Origin: the human T2T-CHM13v2.0 reference genome, Homo sapiens
Direction: 5' to 3' (one strand)
NCBI RefSeq assembly: GCF_009914755.1
Contig: NC_060927.1
DNA: 64,000 nucleotides
In this document: positions 15,067 to 26,673 of the stretch, one piece after another
How positions within the stretch are numbered: position 1 is the first letter of the stretch
Layout: the number at the start of each line of letters is the position of its first letter
Position numbers and translations under genes: made by a program
The notes under the pieces: model-generated
Told to the model about the DNA's origin: nothing
The model's input: only the letters and a program-made list of their open reading frames with translations
The model's database searches: none

Positions 15067-17229
15067 GGTTAGGCTACTTTTCTGTGGATCACAGCCCATC
15101 ATCCACCAATGCCTTGCCAACAACTGTAAATGTCTCATCCCTGAATCCTGGAACTGATAACAGCTCTGCCAGGTCTTCAGGTAAGGAGAGCAGGCCAACA
15201 GTCTGACTTCCAAGATAAATCTGCAGCAGGTATGTCTGCCACTTCCTTTTTACTCTTCCCTCAATTTTATTTAGAAAATGTTTAGGTATTTCTGGGGAAA
15301 TCTAAGACATATATGATTGGGTTCCCACCCTTAGGAAGTTCAAAGTTTTGTTTCAAATAAAAGTAATGCCCTTAAAACAATTAACACTATAAATTGGCAG
15401 ATAGTAAACGGCATTTTGTAAAGTGATTAAAATAAAATTTTAGCCCCAAACCTGCAAGTGGCTCAGCTCCTCAAATTTAGGTGAAAGTCTTTTGTACTAT
15501 AGAGAAGTTTCTATTAAAGAATGGCCACGATAAACAAGCCATGCTTTCTCAAATACACATATCCCCATATTGACATGTACACACAGTCATGGAGGGCCCC
15601 AGGTGCTGGCTTGTTTTTCCCCATGGAGTAGAAAGGCTTGCTGAGAAAAGCATGGCCAAGGGTGCTTGACAAGGCTCAGGCCATTCTAACACTGCCCTAT
15701 GGACCTGTCTTGAATGGCATGGTTGGTTGTCCCTGGGTAAAACTCAGCTCTCAAAGCTTAAAGATTCCTAAATGTCAGGCAGGGTTACATTAAATTGCCA
15801 CCCTGCCTTGAAAGTTCTCTTTCAGGAAGACAGGTGCATATTTGGCTCAGTCTGTTCCTTTATTCATTTGTCCACCATTCCCTACATCCATCTGTCCATC
15901 GGTATGTAGTCTATGCGGCCTCATGGTTCATGCCCATAAGGAACACCTCACTCATTTGTACCAGTTTGGTAGAAAGGACAGTCTGAACGAATTCATTCAA
16001 AAAGGCCTGCAAACCTACTAGAGGTCTTCAGATCTTTTATCAGGGCCCCCTGGCACAGCTCCATACTCAGAGCAGGGCAGGAAGCACTGGCTTTGCAGCC
16101 TGACAGTCCTGGGTGACTGCCAGGGATGTGTGTTCTTGGGCAAGTGGGCTAATCTCTCTAATCTTCTGTTTGCCTATCTGTACGTGACTAGGATTAGATG
16201 GCTGTACATAGAAGCATCCAGCATAGGGCCAGGCTTGCGGTAGAAATGAGTGTTAGTCTCTGGATCCTGAGGCTGCTCCTGGTCCCTGCTCCCAATGCTT
16301 GACATTTGCCCTTAGGAAGAGCCACATGAGAAGGTTTGCCTAGCAGGTGGGAGAGAGCAACAGCATTGGAGAGAAGCAGCCTGAATGGGAGTGCAGAGCC
16401 AGAGAAGGCAGGCCAGGCACCTCCACAAGAAGGCAGCTGCTTCTGGGAAAGCAGACATCGAGTCCATGCCTCTCCCTAGTACCCTCTCCACTACAAGGCA
16501 CTGGGGCATGTGACCCAGGCTGACATGCCTCCAATTCCTGCCTTCCAGCGTTATTTCCCAGAAGGGTCAGTAATGTTAGATCATGGAGACTGACAACTAG
16601 AACTGTACTGAGATCAAAGTAGTCAACATCTGGGGAATTCCAGGAGTACAGAGGGCAGCCCAAGGAAACCAGATGATTCCAGCCAGCCTACGCAGGGTGG
16701 GTGGGCACTGCCTGCTGAGTGCCTGAGTGGTGTGGGCTTAGGAGGTGGGGCTGCACCAGGCCCTCTGGCAGACCCATCATCATGCTGTTGATTGGTCTGG
16801 TAATGACAGATACCTGAGTGTGTATCTTCGATTTTCCAGTTTCTAGCTGTGTGCACCAGGGCTTGTTATTTTGGCTATGGTCCTCAGTGTTCTCATCTAT
16901 AAAGGCAGGATAATATCCACTGCAGGGCTGCTATGGGGCTTAACAGCTATCACATATGCTGGAGCTGCATATGCACGCAGAACCCAGCCCATACCATGGA
17001 CTCAGCATTGGCCCAGACCCTAACTGTTCCAAAAAGATGTCTGACTAGTGAATTAAGTAATTTTAAGGTACAAATGCCACCATCTTCGGTGGATGGCCAG
17101 AGCCAAACCTCCTTATTGTTCCCCTTTAGTTTACGAATAAAGCTCGTCAGGCCCTGACAGAAGAATCAGCCCCAAAGCAGAATGAAGGGAGTGTGGGGTA
17201 TCAGTCACCCATCCATCTCTGACCCACGC

Positions 17230-17360
17230 GTTACACAGGGGCGGGTTGGTCATATGGATTCTGATCTGAAGGACGGGAGTAGGGGGTGGGTCTCTTATAG
17301 TAACCAGCTGAGGGCTCTTAAAAAATGTTCAGCGGAAACATGAACCACATCACAGAAGTA
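17230..17360 (+). promoter_or_regulatory. CXCR6 proximal promoter: GC box, ETS and RUNX motifs
   Basis: GGGGCGGG at ~17238, CGGAAA at ~17333, AACCACA at 17343-17349 directly upstream of exon 1. Confidence 0.55.
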
Positions 17361-17363
17361 GAG

Positions 17364-17423
17364 GCAGACCTTGCTTCATGAGCAAGCTCATCTCTGGAAC
17401 AAACTGGCAAAGCATCTCTGCTG
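17364..17423 (+). other. CXCR6: CXCR6 non-coding exon 1 (5' end approximate); intron 17424-20343
   Basis: donor CTG|gtgagt at 17424 and acceptor ctgactcacag|GTG at 20344; matches my recollection of the CXCR6 mRNA leader. Confidence 0.8.
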
Positions 17424-18055
17424 GTGAGTCATTTGTTTTACTCTTTATATTGAAAAGAAGACAGGGAGGACTAACCCCAGGTATTGTTGGTATTCTCAGA
17501 TTCCTGTCTGTAGTAGGGTACAGTGCAAAATGCCAGGCTATGGAGCTCAGCTGCTCTTCGTTCAAATTCCATCACTGCCATTTGCTGCTGTGTGGGTTAA
17601 ACTGGAGAAACATGAAAACTACTGAACATGTTTCCAGGCACACAGTTAGTGCTTGCAGGCTGATGGTACTGCTAGTAATGGCATAGTCAGACCCACCCAG
17701 GGAGATAAGGAGAATCTAGTTATTGTCTATATTTGCTCAATGAATAATCTCTGTTTTCATTTCTTTTGCATAAGACAGGCTGTTTTATCAGATTATCATT
17801 TATGTTCTTTTTTCAATATAAATCAACATACTACTGTAGAAACTTTGAAAACTATTTTAAAAAAAGGAAGAAATAAGTCACCCATAATTCCACCAGCTGG
17901 AGGCCAACTGTTAATAAAATGTGATCATTTTTTCCAGGTTTCTAAAAGTACGGTCAGTTAAAATCACATAGTTTATCATGAACTCTTATGTGAGGGCCCA
18001 CAGAATACATGGCAGAAGGATTCAAGGGGTTCATGGACTCCCAGAATTGTAGGGG

Positions 18056-18079
18056 TGTTTGTGTGTGTGCGTGTGTGTC

Positions 18080-18111
<32 letters not shown>
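18056..18111. repeat. Compound (TG)n(TA)n microsatellite in CXCR6 intron 1
   Basis: gtgtgtgtgcgtgtgtgtctgtgtgtgt...atatatatat. Confidence 0.95.
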
Positions 18112-20364
18112 CATTATTTCTGAGAAAAGGTCTGCAGTTTTTAGGAGATTCTCAAAGGAGTTTATGGTCAAAAAAGGTTAAGAATCACAATTTTATATCC
18201 TTTTGACATCTATTTGTTGTAATAGTAATAGTTAATACTTATTTTGCATATTTACTTTGTGTTTACACTGTTCTTAGCAATTTAACTGTATTGCATTTTC
18301 CAAAATCAGTAAAAATACTTCCTAAACATTTAAGTATATTCTATTTTATGTATGAATTGTAATTTGCTTCATCATTATCAGACTTTTACACTACTTCCAA
18401 AGTTGTAGATTTTTTTTTTAATTTTCAGAAAACAAAATAGGATTTTAATTATAGAGGATAAAGAAATGAATGTTTTTAGTTCGCCTAGAAGGGAAAGTAA
18501 TTTTTCATACTCTATTTGCACAGCACTGTCCAGGCCCAATCTGTTTACCAATTATTATACATCAAAGTTTACCAATTATTACACATGAATTTGCACAGGT
18601 CCTTTGAGGAAATGTGTAATGGCAGCATAAGGGACCAGCAAAAGCTGGAACAGGAAGATACCAAAAAAAGGCGAGAGCGAGTCAAGCAATAATGGGGAGC
18701 TGAACATTATTCTTAAGAGCAAAGCCACCTGTTTCATATTTTAAATGATGAAAAAATATGTTTTTGCCCATGTGAATCAATAACACATACACATCATCTG
18801 ACCTACTTAATACAGTGCCCCAGAGAGCTTGTGGGGGGCAGGATGTCTACTGGCTGACCTATCACCCTTAGAGATCTAACAATTGTGACGTAAGGGCAAG
18901 GATTTTTATTAAGCAGTCTTAGCCCAAAGGCAGCATCCTTCCTTGCTAGAGAGAAAGGGCACTTTGGTCCCTGGAAAGACAGAGGCAAGCAGCAGCATCG
19001 GAGACACTGCTCCCAGTCAGGACTCAAAGTCAGCGACAGAAGTGTTTCTGAGTGGATTAGGAAAGGTAACCTCATCGTTTATATGCACTTGTCTGGTCAG
19101 GCAATATTTTGACTTTGCTGGCAGAGATTCTGTCCAAACACCTGCTCTTCTTCATACATCTTCTAGAGGTGCTGGCCAGACATGGCTCCAGGTCACTGGA
19201 AATGAGCTGCTGCATGTTGAGTATCTGCAGTCCTGTAGCAAGGGCAGACTTGGCACTCATGGGCTGATGTTGCCGCAGCTGCCCCTGCTCCCACACCACA
19301 GGTTACATGATCCCTTGTCCTGTCCATGGTCTTTGGCAGGGTCACAGGGCAGAGGGAAGGGTCAGAGAGAAGTGACATCTTGAAGGGCTGGTGCCCTGGG
19401 TAAGAAAGGTTGCCCATCTGGCATCCCATTTCAATTGGGTTTTCTGCTTGTTAAATGAGGCCCCTAAGTCCTAACCTGCCAATCACAGGAGCTAAGGCAA
19501 GGTTCCGCTTTGGGGAAATCTACCTTTTAAGAGACTTCTTGTTCAGAAGTCTTCAGGAAATGAGGCTCTGATGGTAGAATGCCATAAACTGTGTTAACTG
19601 ATGAAGGGGAAAGTTTAGTTGGGAAGTGAGGAGAACCACCCAATGCTTTAACCATGAAGCCAGCTCAGCCAAAGTGCTGGGCAGTCGTGGGCTTTTCTAT
19701 GCTTTGTTTCCCCATTAGTAGCCTTTGAAAATCTATGCAATTGAGGGGAAGTAAAGGCAGGAAGGACTACCTACCCAGGCAGAGCAGTCTTGCCATCCCC
19801 AAACACCTGTGGTCTCCAGGAGTCTCCTTGATAGGAGAGCCCCCTGGTAGGGGCACTTGCTTTAGCTTTCACAATTTATTAGGAAATGGGGCTCAGGATG
19901 GGTGGGCAACTGTGGTGAGGCAGGGGGAGATGAAAACAGGCATGTTCCATTGATGAGCTCATATTATCAGTGGGCTCAACCATCCATCATCAGTGTTGCT
20001 CTTCCAAACAGCACTGTGCCCACCTGGCAGCAAAGCGACTTTTGGTTTCAAAATAATTGAGCACAGGATTTTATGGAATGTGCTTAGGGGTCAGTTATGA
20101 GTTGTCTCCCAGATGGGTGAGATCCTGAGAATTTTCAGGCTAATGGAGAGTCCTCATCCTGTCTGAGCAATTTCCCCTCAGAATTGGTTATCTTCAATAT
20201 ACTGGACTGTGCTGTTTCTACACATCCCAGTGGGTGGGTTTAGAAGATGACTATTTGCCCCCTAAATGTGGTCAATGGGATAGCAGGAAGACAAAGAATG
20301 CCATCCTCAGCCCCAAATATAATTCCTGGGTTCTGACTCACAGGTGTTCATCAGAACAGACACC

Positions 20365-21393
20365 ATGGCAGAGCATGATTACCATGAAGACTATGGGTTC
20401 AGCAGTTTCAATGACAGCAGCCAGGAGGAGCATCAAGACTTCCTGCAGTTCAGCAAGGTCTTTCTGCCCTGCATGTACCTGGTGGTGTTTGTCTGTGGTC
20501 TGGTGGGGAACTCTCTGGTGCTGGTCATATCCATCTTCTACCATAAGTTGCAGAGCCTGACGGATGTGTTCCTGGTGAACCTACCCCTGGCTGACCTGGT
20601 GTTTGTCTGCACTCTGCCCTTCTGGGCCTATGCAGGCATCCATGAATGGGTGTTTGGCCAGGTCATGTGCAAGAGCCTACTGGGCATCTACACTATTAAC
20701 TTCTACACGTCCATGCTCATCCTCACCTGCATCACTGTGGATCGTTTCATTGTAGTGGTTAAGGCCACCAAGGCCTACAACCAGCAAGCCAAGAGGATGA
20801 CCTGGGGCAAGGTCACCAGCTTGCTCATCTGGGTGATATCCCTGCTGGTTTCCTTGCCCCAAATTATCTATGGCAATGTCTTTAATCTCGACAAGCTCAT
20901 ATGTGGTTACCATGACGAGGCAATTTCCACTGTGGTTCTTGCCACCCAGATGACACTGGGGTTCTTCTTGCCACTGCTCACCATGATTGTCTGCTATTCA
21001 GTCATAATCAAAACACTGCTTCATGCTGGAGGCTTCCAGAAGCACAGATCTCTAAAGATCATCTTCCTGGTGATGGCTGTGTTCCTGCTGACCCAGATGC
21101 CCTTCAACCTCATGAAGTTCATCCGCAGCACACACTGGGAATACTATGCCATGACCAGCTTTCACTACACCATCATGGTGACAGAGGCCATCGCATACCT
21201 GAGGGCCTGCCTTAACCCTGTGCTCTATGCCTTTGTCAGCCTGAAGTTTCGAAAGAACTTCTGGAAACTTGTGAAGGACATTGGTTGCCTCCCTTACCTT
21301 GGGGTCTCACATCAATGGAAATCTTCTGAGGACAATTCCAAGACTTTTTCTGCCTCCCACAATGTGGAGGCCACCAGCATGTTCCAGTTATAG
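20365..21393 (+). CDS. CXCR6: C-X-C chemokine receptor 6 (CXCL16 receptor, Bonzo/STRL33), 342 aa, single coding exon
   Basis: Starts [19 protein letters not shown]; 7 hydrophobic segments; GN, LADL, TLPFW, DRF and NPVLY class-A GPCR motifs; Kozak cacc-ATG-G; stop TAG at 21391-21393. Confidence 0.99.
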   Translation: MAEHDYHEDYGFSSFNDSSQEEHQDFLQFSKVFLPCMYLVVFVCGLVGNSLVLVISIFYHKLQSLTDVFLVNLPLADLVFVCTLPFWAYAGIHEWVFGQVMCKSLLGIYTINFYTSMLILTCITVDRFIVVVKATKAYNQQAKRMTWGKVTSLLIWVISLLVSLPQIIYGNVFNLDKLICGYHDEAISTVVLATQMTLGFFLPLLTMIVCYSVIIKTLLHAGGFQKHRSLKIIFLVMAVFLLTQMPFNLMKFIRSTHWEYYAMTSFHYTIMVTEAIAYLRACLNPVLYAFVSLKFRKNFWKLVKDIGCLPYLGVSHQWKSSEDNSKTFSASHNVEATSMFQL

Positions 21394-22210
21394 GCCTTGC
21401 CAGGGTTTCGAGAAGCTGCTCTGGAATTTGCAAGTCATGGCTGTGCCCTCTTGATGTGGTGAGGCAGGCTTTGTTTATAGCTTGCGCATTCTCATGGAGA
21501 AGTTATCAGACACTCTGGCTGGTTTGGAATGCTTCTTCTCAGGCATGAACATGTACTGTTCTCTTCTTGAACACTCATGCTGAAAGCCCAAGTAGGGGGT
21601 CTAAAATTTTTAAGGACTTTCCTTCCTCCATCTCCAAGAATGCTGAAACCAAGGGGGATGACATGTGACTCCTATGATCTCAGGTTCTCCTTGATTGGGA
21701 CTGGGGCTGAAGGTTGAAGAGGTGAGCACGGCCAACAAAGCTGTTGATGGTAGGTGGCACACTGGGTGCCCAAGCTCAGAAGGCTCTTCTGACTACTGGG
21801 CAAAGAGTGTAGATCAGAGCAGCAGTGAAAACAAGTGCTGGCACCACCAGGCACCTCACAGAAATGAGATCAGGCTCTGCCTCACCTTGGGGCTTGACTT
21901 TTGTATAGGTAGATGTTCAGATTGCTTTGATTAATCCAGAATAACTAGCACCAGGGACTATGAATGGGCAAAACTGAATTATAAGAGGCTGATAATTCCA
22001 GTGGTCCATGGAATGCTTGAAAAATGTGCAAAACAGCGTTTAAGACTGTAATGAATCTAAGCAGCATTTCTGAAGTGGACTCTTTGGTGGCTTTGCATTT
22101 TAAAAATGAAATTTTCCAATGTCTGCCACACAAACGTATGTAAATGTATATACCCACACACATACACACATATGTCATATATTACTAGCATATGAGTTTC
22201 ATAGCTAAGA

Positions 22211-22216
22211 AATAAA
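22211..22216 (+). terminator. CXCR6 polyadenylation signal (3'UTR ~21394-22236)
   Basis: AATAAA ~820 nt after the stop codon, followed by T-rich sequence. Confidence 0.8.
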
Positions 22217-22639
22217 ACTGTTAAAGTCTCCAAACTACTTTTACACTTCGGCACATTCTATTTCAATGTGGTATGCCTGGAATATACAAAAAAGTTACTT
22301 TTGGGCTCAGAGCCCGGGAAATAAGTCGTAAACTTTCATGGCATTGCTCTATCACGGAAATGGAATACACCAGTGATAATGACCCTGCTCTTTCACTGTG
22401 GTTTCTAACCTCCTGTCCAAAGTGTGGGGCACATTTGTTTAACTTCCAGAATGTGGTCACAGGATGAGGCATAGTTTTAAATGTCAGATTTTATGCATGT
22501 TTATTAAATCCTGGCAGTCTGTTCAATAGGCTTAAAGATGTTTTTTGGGCTTATGTATCCCAAAATCACTCACCAAAATACGGAGAACCAACTGACAACA
22601 GCTAAGTAGAATGCGCAGAGAAGTAGGCCAGAACTGACT

Positions 22640-22835
22640 TAACAGTGTGGTTTTGGGGCTGAATAGACGAGAGCTGAATCCCTGCCACTCACCAGTTTGT
22701 AAGACCTTGGGCGAATCTCTTAGCCTCTGAGCACCTGTTTCCTTTCTTTTTGGTGAAACATGGATCATAACAGCACCACCTCTATGGGTTGGTGTGAATA
22801 CCTGAGACACTGCATGTAAAACACTTGGCACAGTT
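22640..22835 (+). mobile_element. MIR SINE (representative; other MIR-like fragments near 6140-6410, 16100-16250, 16800-16990, 25150-25310, 25880-26070, 37700-37910, 43110-43330, 46350-46500, 56000-56370, 59840-60085)
   Basis: MIR core text: gaccttgggcgaatctcttagcctctgagcacctgtttcct...catgtaaaacacttggcacag. Confidence 0.65.
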
Positions 22836-25800
22836 TGCATTTGGGGAGAAAAGGTCCAAAAAATAGCACTAGTTATTATTTCTTACAAGAACTGGTGACA
22901 CAAAATGGAAGCCCTCCATGTCAGCTCCGTGGGTTAGCGAGGCGAGGGAGGGTTTGTATCGTGCCTTCCAGGTGTGTGGCATACCATGTGCACCTGGTGC
23001 AGCTGAGCACAGGCTGGGCCTTTCAGAGCCCACATGATCCTACCTACTGTTTCATAAACATGCCTAAATGCGTCTACAAGCAGAGTTTTACTGTACTCAG
23101 GCCACATGGACCTCCGAGTGCTTCCTCCAACTACAAAATCTGCCCTTTTAGGGTGACAAGGCTGACATTTATCTTTTAAGTGGCTTTCAAAGAGAGTTTC
23201 TGTCATTCCCCCTTTGTGCATTCATGTTAACCTGGAACACTTCTGACAGAGGGGCCACCAGTCCCTGGTATCCCTGACAGTGTCCCGGCCCAAGGGACAG
23301 AGGCAGAAGTAGAGTCAGGAGACAGGGCCCTGCAGCATTTCCACGAGTCCCCATGGAGAGATGCAGAAAGGTGTGATGAGAATGCAGGCTCTGGGCTCAC
23401 TCTGACAGTGTTCAGTGACAGCTCCACCACCATGTACCCCTGTGCAGGGGATGCAGTACCCCTGACCCAAGCCCTGGTTCACCACCTACACCACTGGCTC
23501 ATGAAGGCCTTCCCTCCTGGGGTGCTCATGAGCACGGCCAGCACACTGCAAGCACCATGCTTGGGCCTGCCTGGCCACAGCAACAGAAAAGCAGCGCTGG
23601 GACCATGGGGCTTTCCCTGACCAGGTGCCCGCCCCCTCCCAGGGTCCCTGCACTGGCCTTTTGTAGCTTAGGAAAGCCCTGCCTGCCTGGCCCCAGGAAC
23701 AGCACAGCAGCAAAATCTTTCTTTGCCTTCCCTGCCTCCTCAGCCACTAATTGATCCTATGCGTCTGGGCCCTTACCTGCCACTCTTTGGAGTAGATGTC
23801 AGTTTACCAACCCCTTCCCCTGGATAGGGGAATAAACGCGGGCACAGCACATGCAGATTACAAAGGGCCTTCACGTCTTGATCTCACTCCATCCACATCA
23901 CAGCCCAGGAAGCAGAAGATGCTGTTGGTACAGGCTCCATTCCACAGAGGAGACTGAGGTCATGTGTGGGGCAGAGCCAGTTCCCAATCTCAGCCCACCC
24001 TTCTCCCTTCCATTTGGCTCTCCCTTCTGCTTGTCCACACCAGCACATGGCATCAGAGGCCTTGGGGGAGGGGATGAGGCTGGGTGTGGGCTCTGCTTGA
24101 GTCCATACTGCCTTGGTGTGGCCTCAGGGTTGGAGGGTAAAGGATGTGCTCTTTCCCTACCAAGTTCCCAACACCTGGGGGTGGCTGCAGTACTTATGGG
24201 CTCCAATCCCTTCAGAGATATGGCAGAGGCCACTAATGGCCACATCATCTGAGATGTGGGGAACACAAGATGACACTGACTCTAGGGGCTACCTGGGTGC
24301 TAGGGGCCCAGGTGTCCTCCGTAGGTGTTCTGGACTGAGGAGATGGTGCCATAGAAGGGAAAAGCCTGGAGCTACCCCTACTGGAGGGGTGGAGGCAAAG
24401 CGAAGAGGATGGGGCCCAGAAGTGGTCAGGGCAGTCACTCTGGCCTCCTCCTCCAAGGGGCTCTCAAAGCAGCACCCCCTTCCAGCTGCCTAGTCCTTGT
24501 TGGTCCCTGGTAACTAATGCCATTTTGTAGAAGGCCTGGCACTATCATCCCCATTTTCAGATGAGAAAACTAGTTCAGAGAGATTAATGCCTGCCAAAGC
24601 TCACACAACAGAGCTAGGACTACAATCTCAGTAAACAGCCTTTCTTTGCCCAGAAATGTTGGCTCCAAGAAGGTTTCCTGCCACTGACAAGCCACAGGGT
24701 ACCTGTCACCTCTGTATTCAGCTGAAGGCAGAGATCTTGGGTCAACCCACGCGCAAGGTGGCTTTGTAACCTTAACCATTCACCATATCCTGTTCTCATT
24801 TTGTTTCTGAGATACCAAACATCAAATCTCCTGGTGGGTGACAAATCTACCACAGCTCCCCTAAACACTCTGACCATGAAGCACCAGTTCTGAAGCAATT
24901 ACTGGTAAAGATGCTCTGAGGGTTCAGGGAATGTTTCTGTGGGAGAGTTTAAGCTCACTTAGGGTCATCTGGGTATCTGAAGGATCTTCTTTGCAGGAGA
25001 CGACTGGGCTGCGCAGTGCAAGGTACTGAGGTGGTAGCAGTAGCACACACAGCTCAGCCCCTGATGACACATCAGGAAAGCAACATAACTCCATGAAAGT
25101 CTTCCCAGGCATTAGACACTGGGCTGGGCTCAGTGCTCCACACACACAGTTCTCATGCAATCTTCCTAACACCCCTAGGGGTGAGTGCTGTTCCAGTCTC
25201 TTCGGTATAGAGGAGGAAACTGAGTTTGTGGGCTGCACTACCTAGAGCCATGGAGCCTGGAGGTGGCAGACCAGGTATGTTTGGTTCTGGAGCTCAAGCT
25301 CTTCACCACCATACTGTCTGCTCATCTGGTAGCTAGAGGGGGAGGCCGGGCCTCAAGGAGGCCATGACTGGGTAGAGGCTGAGCAAAGGCTGAGGGAGCC
25401 ACAGCCCAGTGCCCCTGCCAGCCCTTACTCCACAGGCCTGGTTCACCAGCTGCCAAGAGCTTGATTTCCTTCTCTGCCTCAGTCCAGAGAACAGCTGGAC
25501 ACCTGGTCAGTGTAGATGGTGGAGGGTGGGCCTGAATGACTGAAAAGGGGTTGTGCATGGGTGTGTCTGGAGGGCTATGACGAATACCATCTTTTCTCCA
25601 GAAGTCAGGGGCTGTGGTCCTGCTCTGCACCACCATTCTAGGTCTGAGCCATGCACAGGGACCACTAGGAGGTTGCTTAGGGAGTCCCAGCATCAGGCCA
25701 CATCTCCCTGGCAGGCTGGACTTTGGGACCCCTTCCTGACCCATCTCTGCCAGGAGGAGGGGCAAGGCAAACAACTTCCTTAGCCCCAAAACTGTGTACA

Positions 25801-26673
25801 TGTGCGAAAGAGAGAACATGAAGGCAGGGGAGATGGGCAAAATGCGGACATGGGACGGAGAGAAGAGAGCTGAACTCTTCCAAATGAATCTTAAGCCAGT
25901 GGACTGGAGTCTAAAGCCTAGTTCTGGCACCTCCAACAACAGAAGTTATCCAGCCTCCTGAGGCTTCAGCTTCTTTGCCTATAAAATGAGATAATTTCCA
26001 CTCCCTGATGGGCTGCACAGGGACTAGTGAGGTCACGTGTAAGAGCAGCTGGTGCAAGGGAGGCGCTCAACAGCATCACTTTCAACAACACTACTTCCAA
26101 GTGGCCTAATATTCCTCATGAATTTGGACTTAGTGTTTAATCTCTCCCGGATCCCTTCTTACCTTGGATTTGCTTATTTTTTCCCGAAGTTTCTTGCCAG
26201 GGATGCTTACACAAATCTAGGGCTCTAGATCTCCCACACTTTCTCAGACTCTCGGTGTTTTTGGTTTAGGTCTTAAAACTTAGGAAGAAAAAGTATGTAG
26301 GAAAAAGCTACCAGAAATGCTTGGGTTTATCTCTAGCTAATGCACAAAAAAAGTGTCTGACAACGCAGCCTTTAACTGACTTGGAAGGGTGGCTCTTCAC
26401 CCTAACAGAAGTGCAGGGATTACAGGTTCCTATCAGTTAGTCCCAGATCCGCCTTGGTGGCCGAAGACCAGCACACTGGCAGTTTCCTTTCCCTGGAACA
26501 GTTCCTGATTTCCCAAGACCAAACCACACATATTTGTCAGCAGTCAGAATGCCTTCTGTTTTTGTTCCTACTGGGCAGGGGAAGGTGAGGGGTAAGGAGA
26601 GAGAGAGCTGTAGGATAGTCACTTTCTCACTCAGGCTAGAGGAAGCAAGAAGAGAATTTCAAGCCGGAATGTC

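Noticed and set aside
20344-20364. ORF-track N-terminal extension MFIRTDT of CXCR6
   Set aside because: Starts at GTG, the first codon after the splice acceptor; the real start is the Kozak ATG at 20365.
22500-22505. Minus-strand AATAAA just beyond the CXCR6 3' end (possible FYCO1 intronic polyA site)
   Set aside because: The hexamer is frequent in AT-rich introns and I found no supporting terminal-exon acceptor.
25322-25939. 205-aa minus-strand intronic ORF
   Set aside because: Non-ATG start within MIR-like sequence, no protein-like motif; expected by chance in GC-rich intron.
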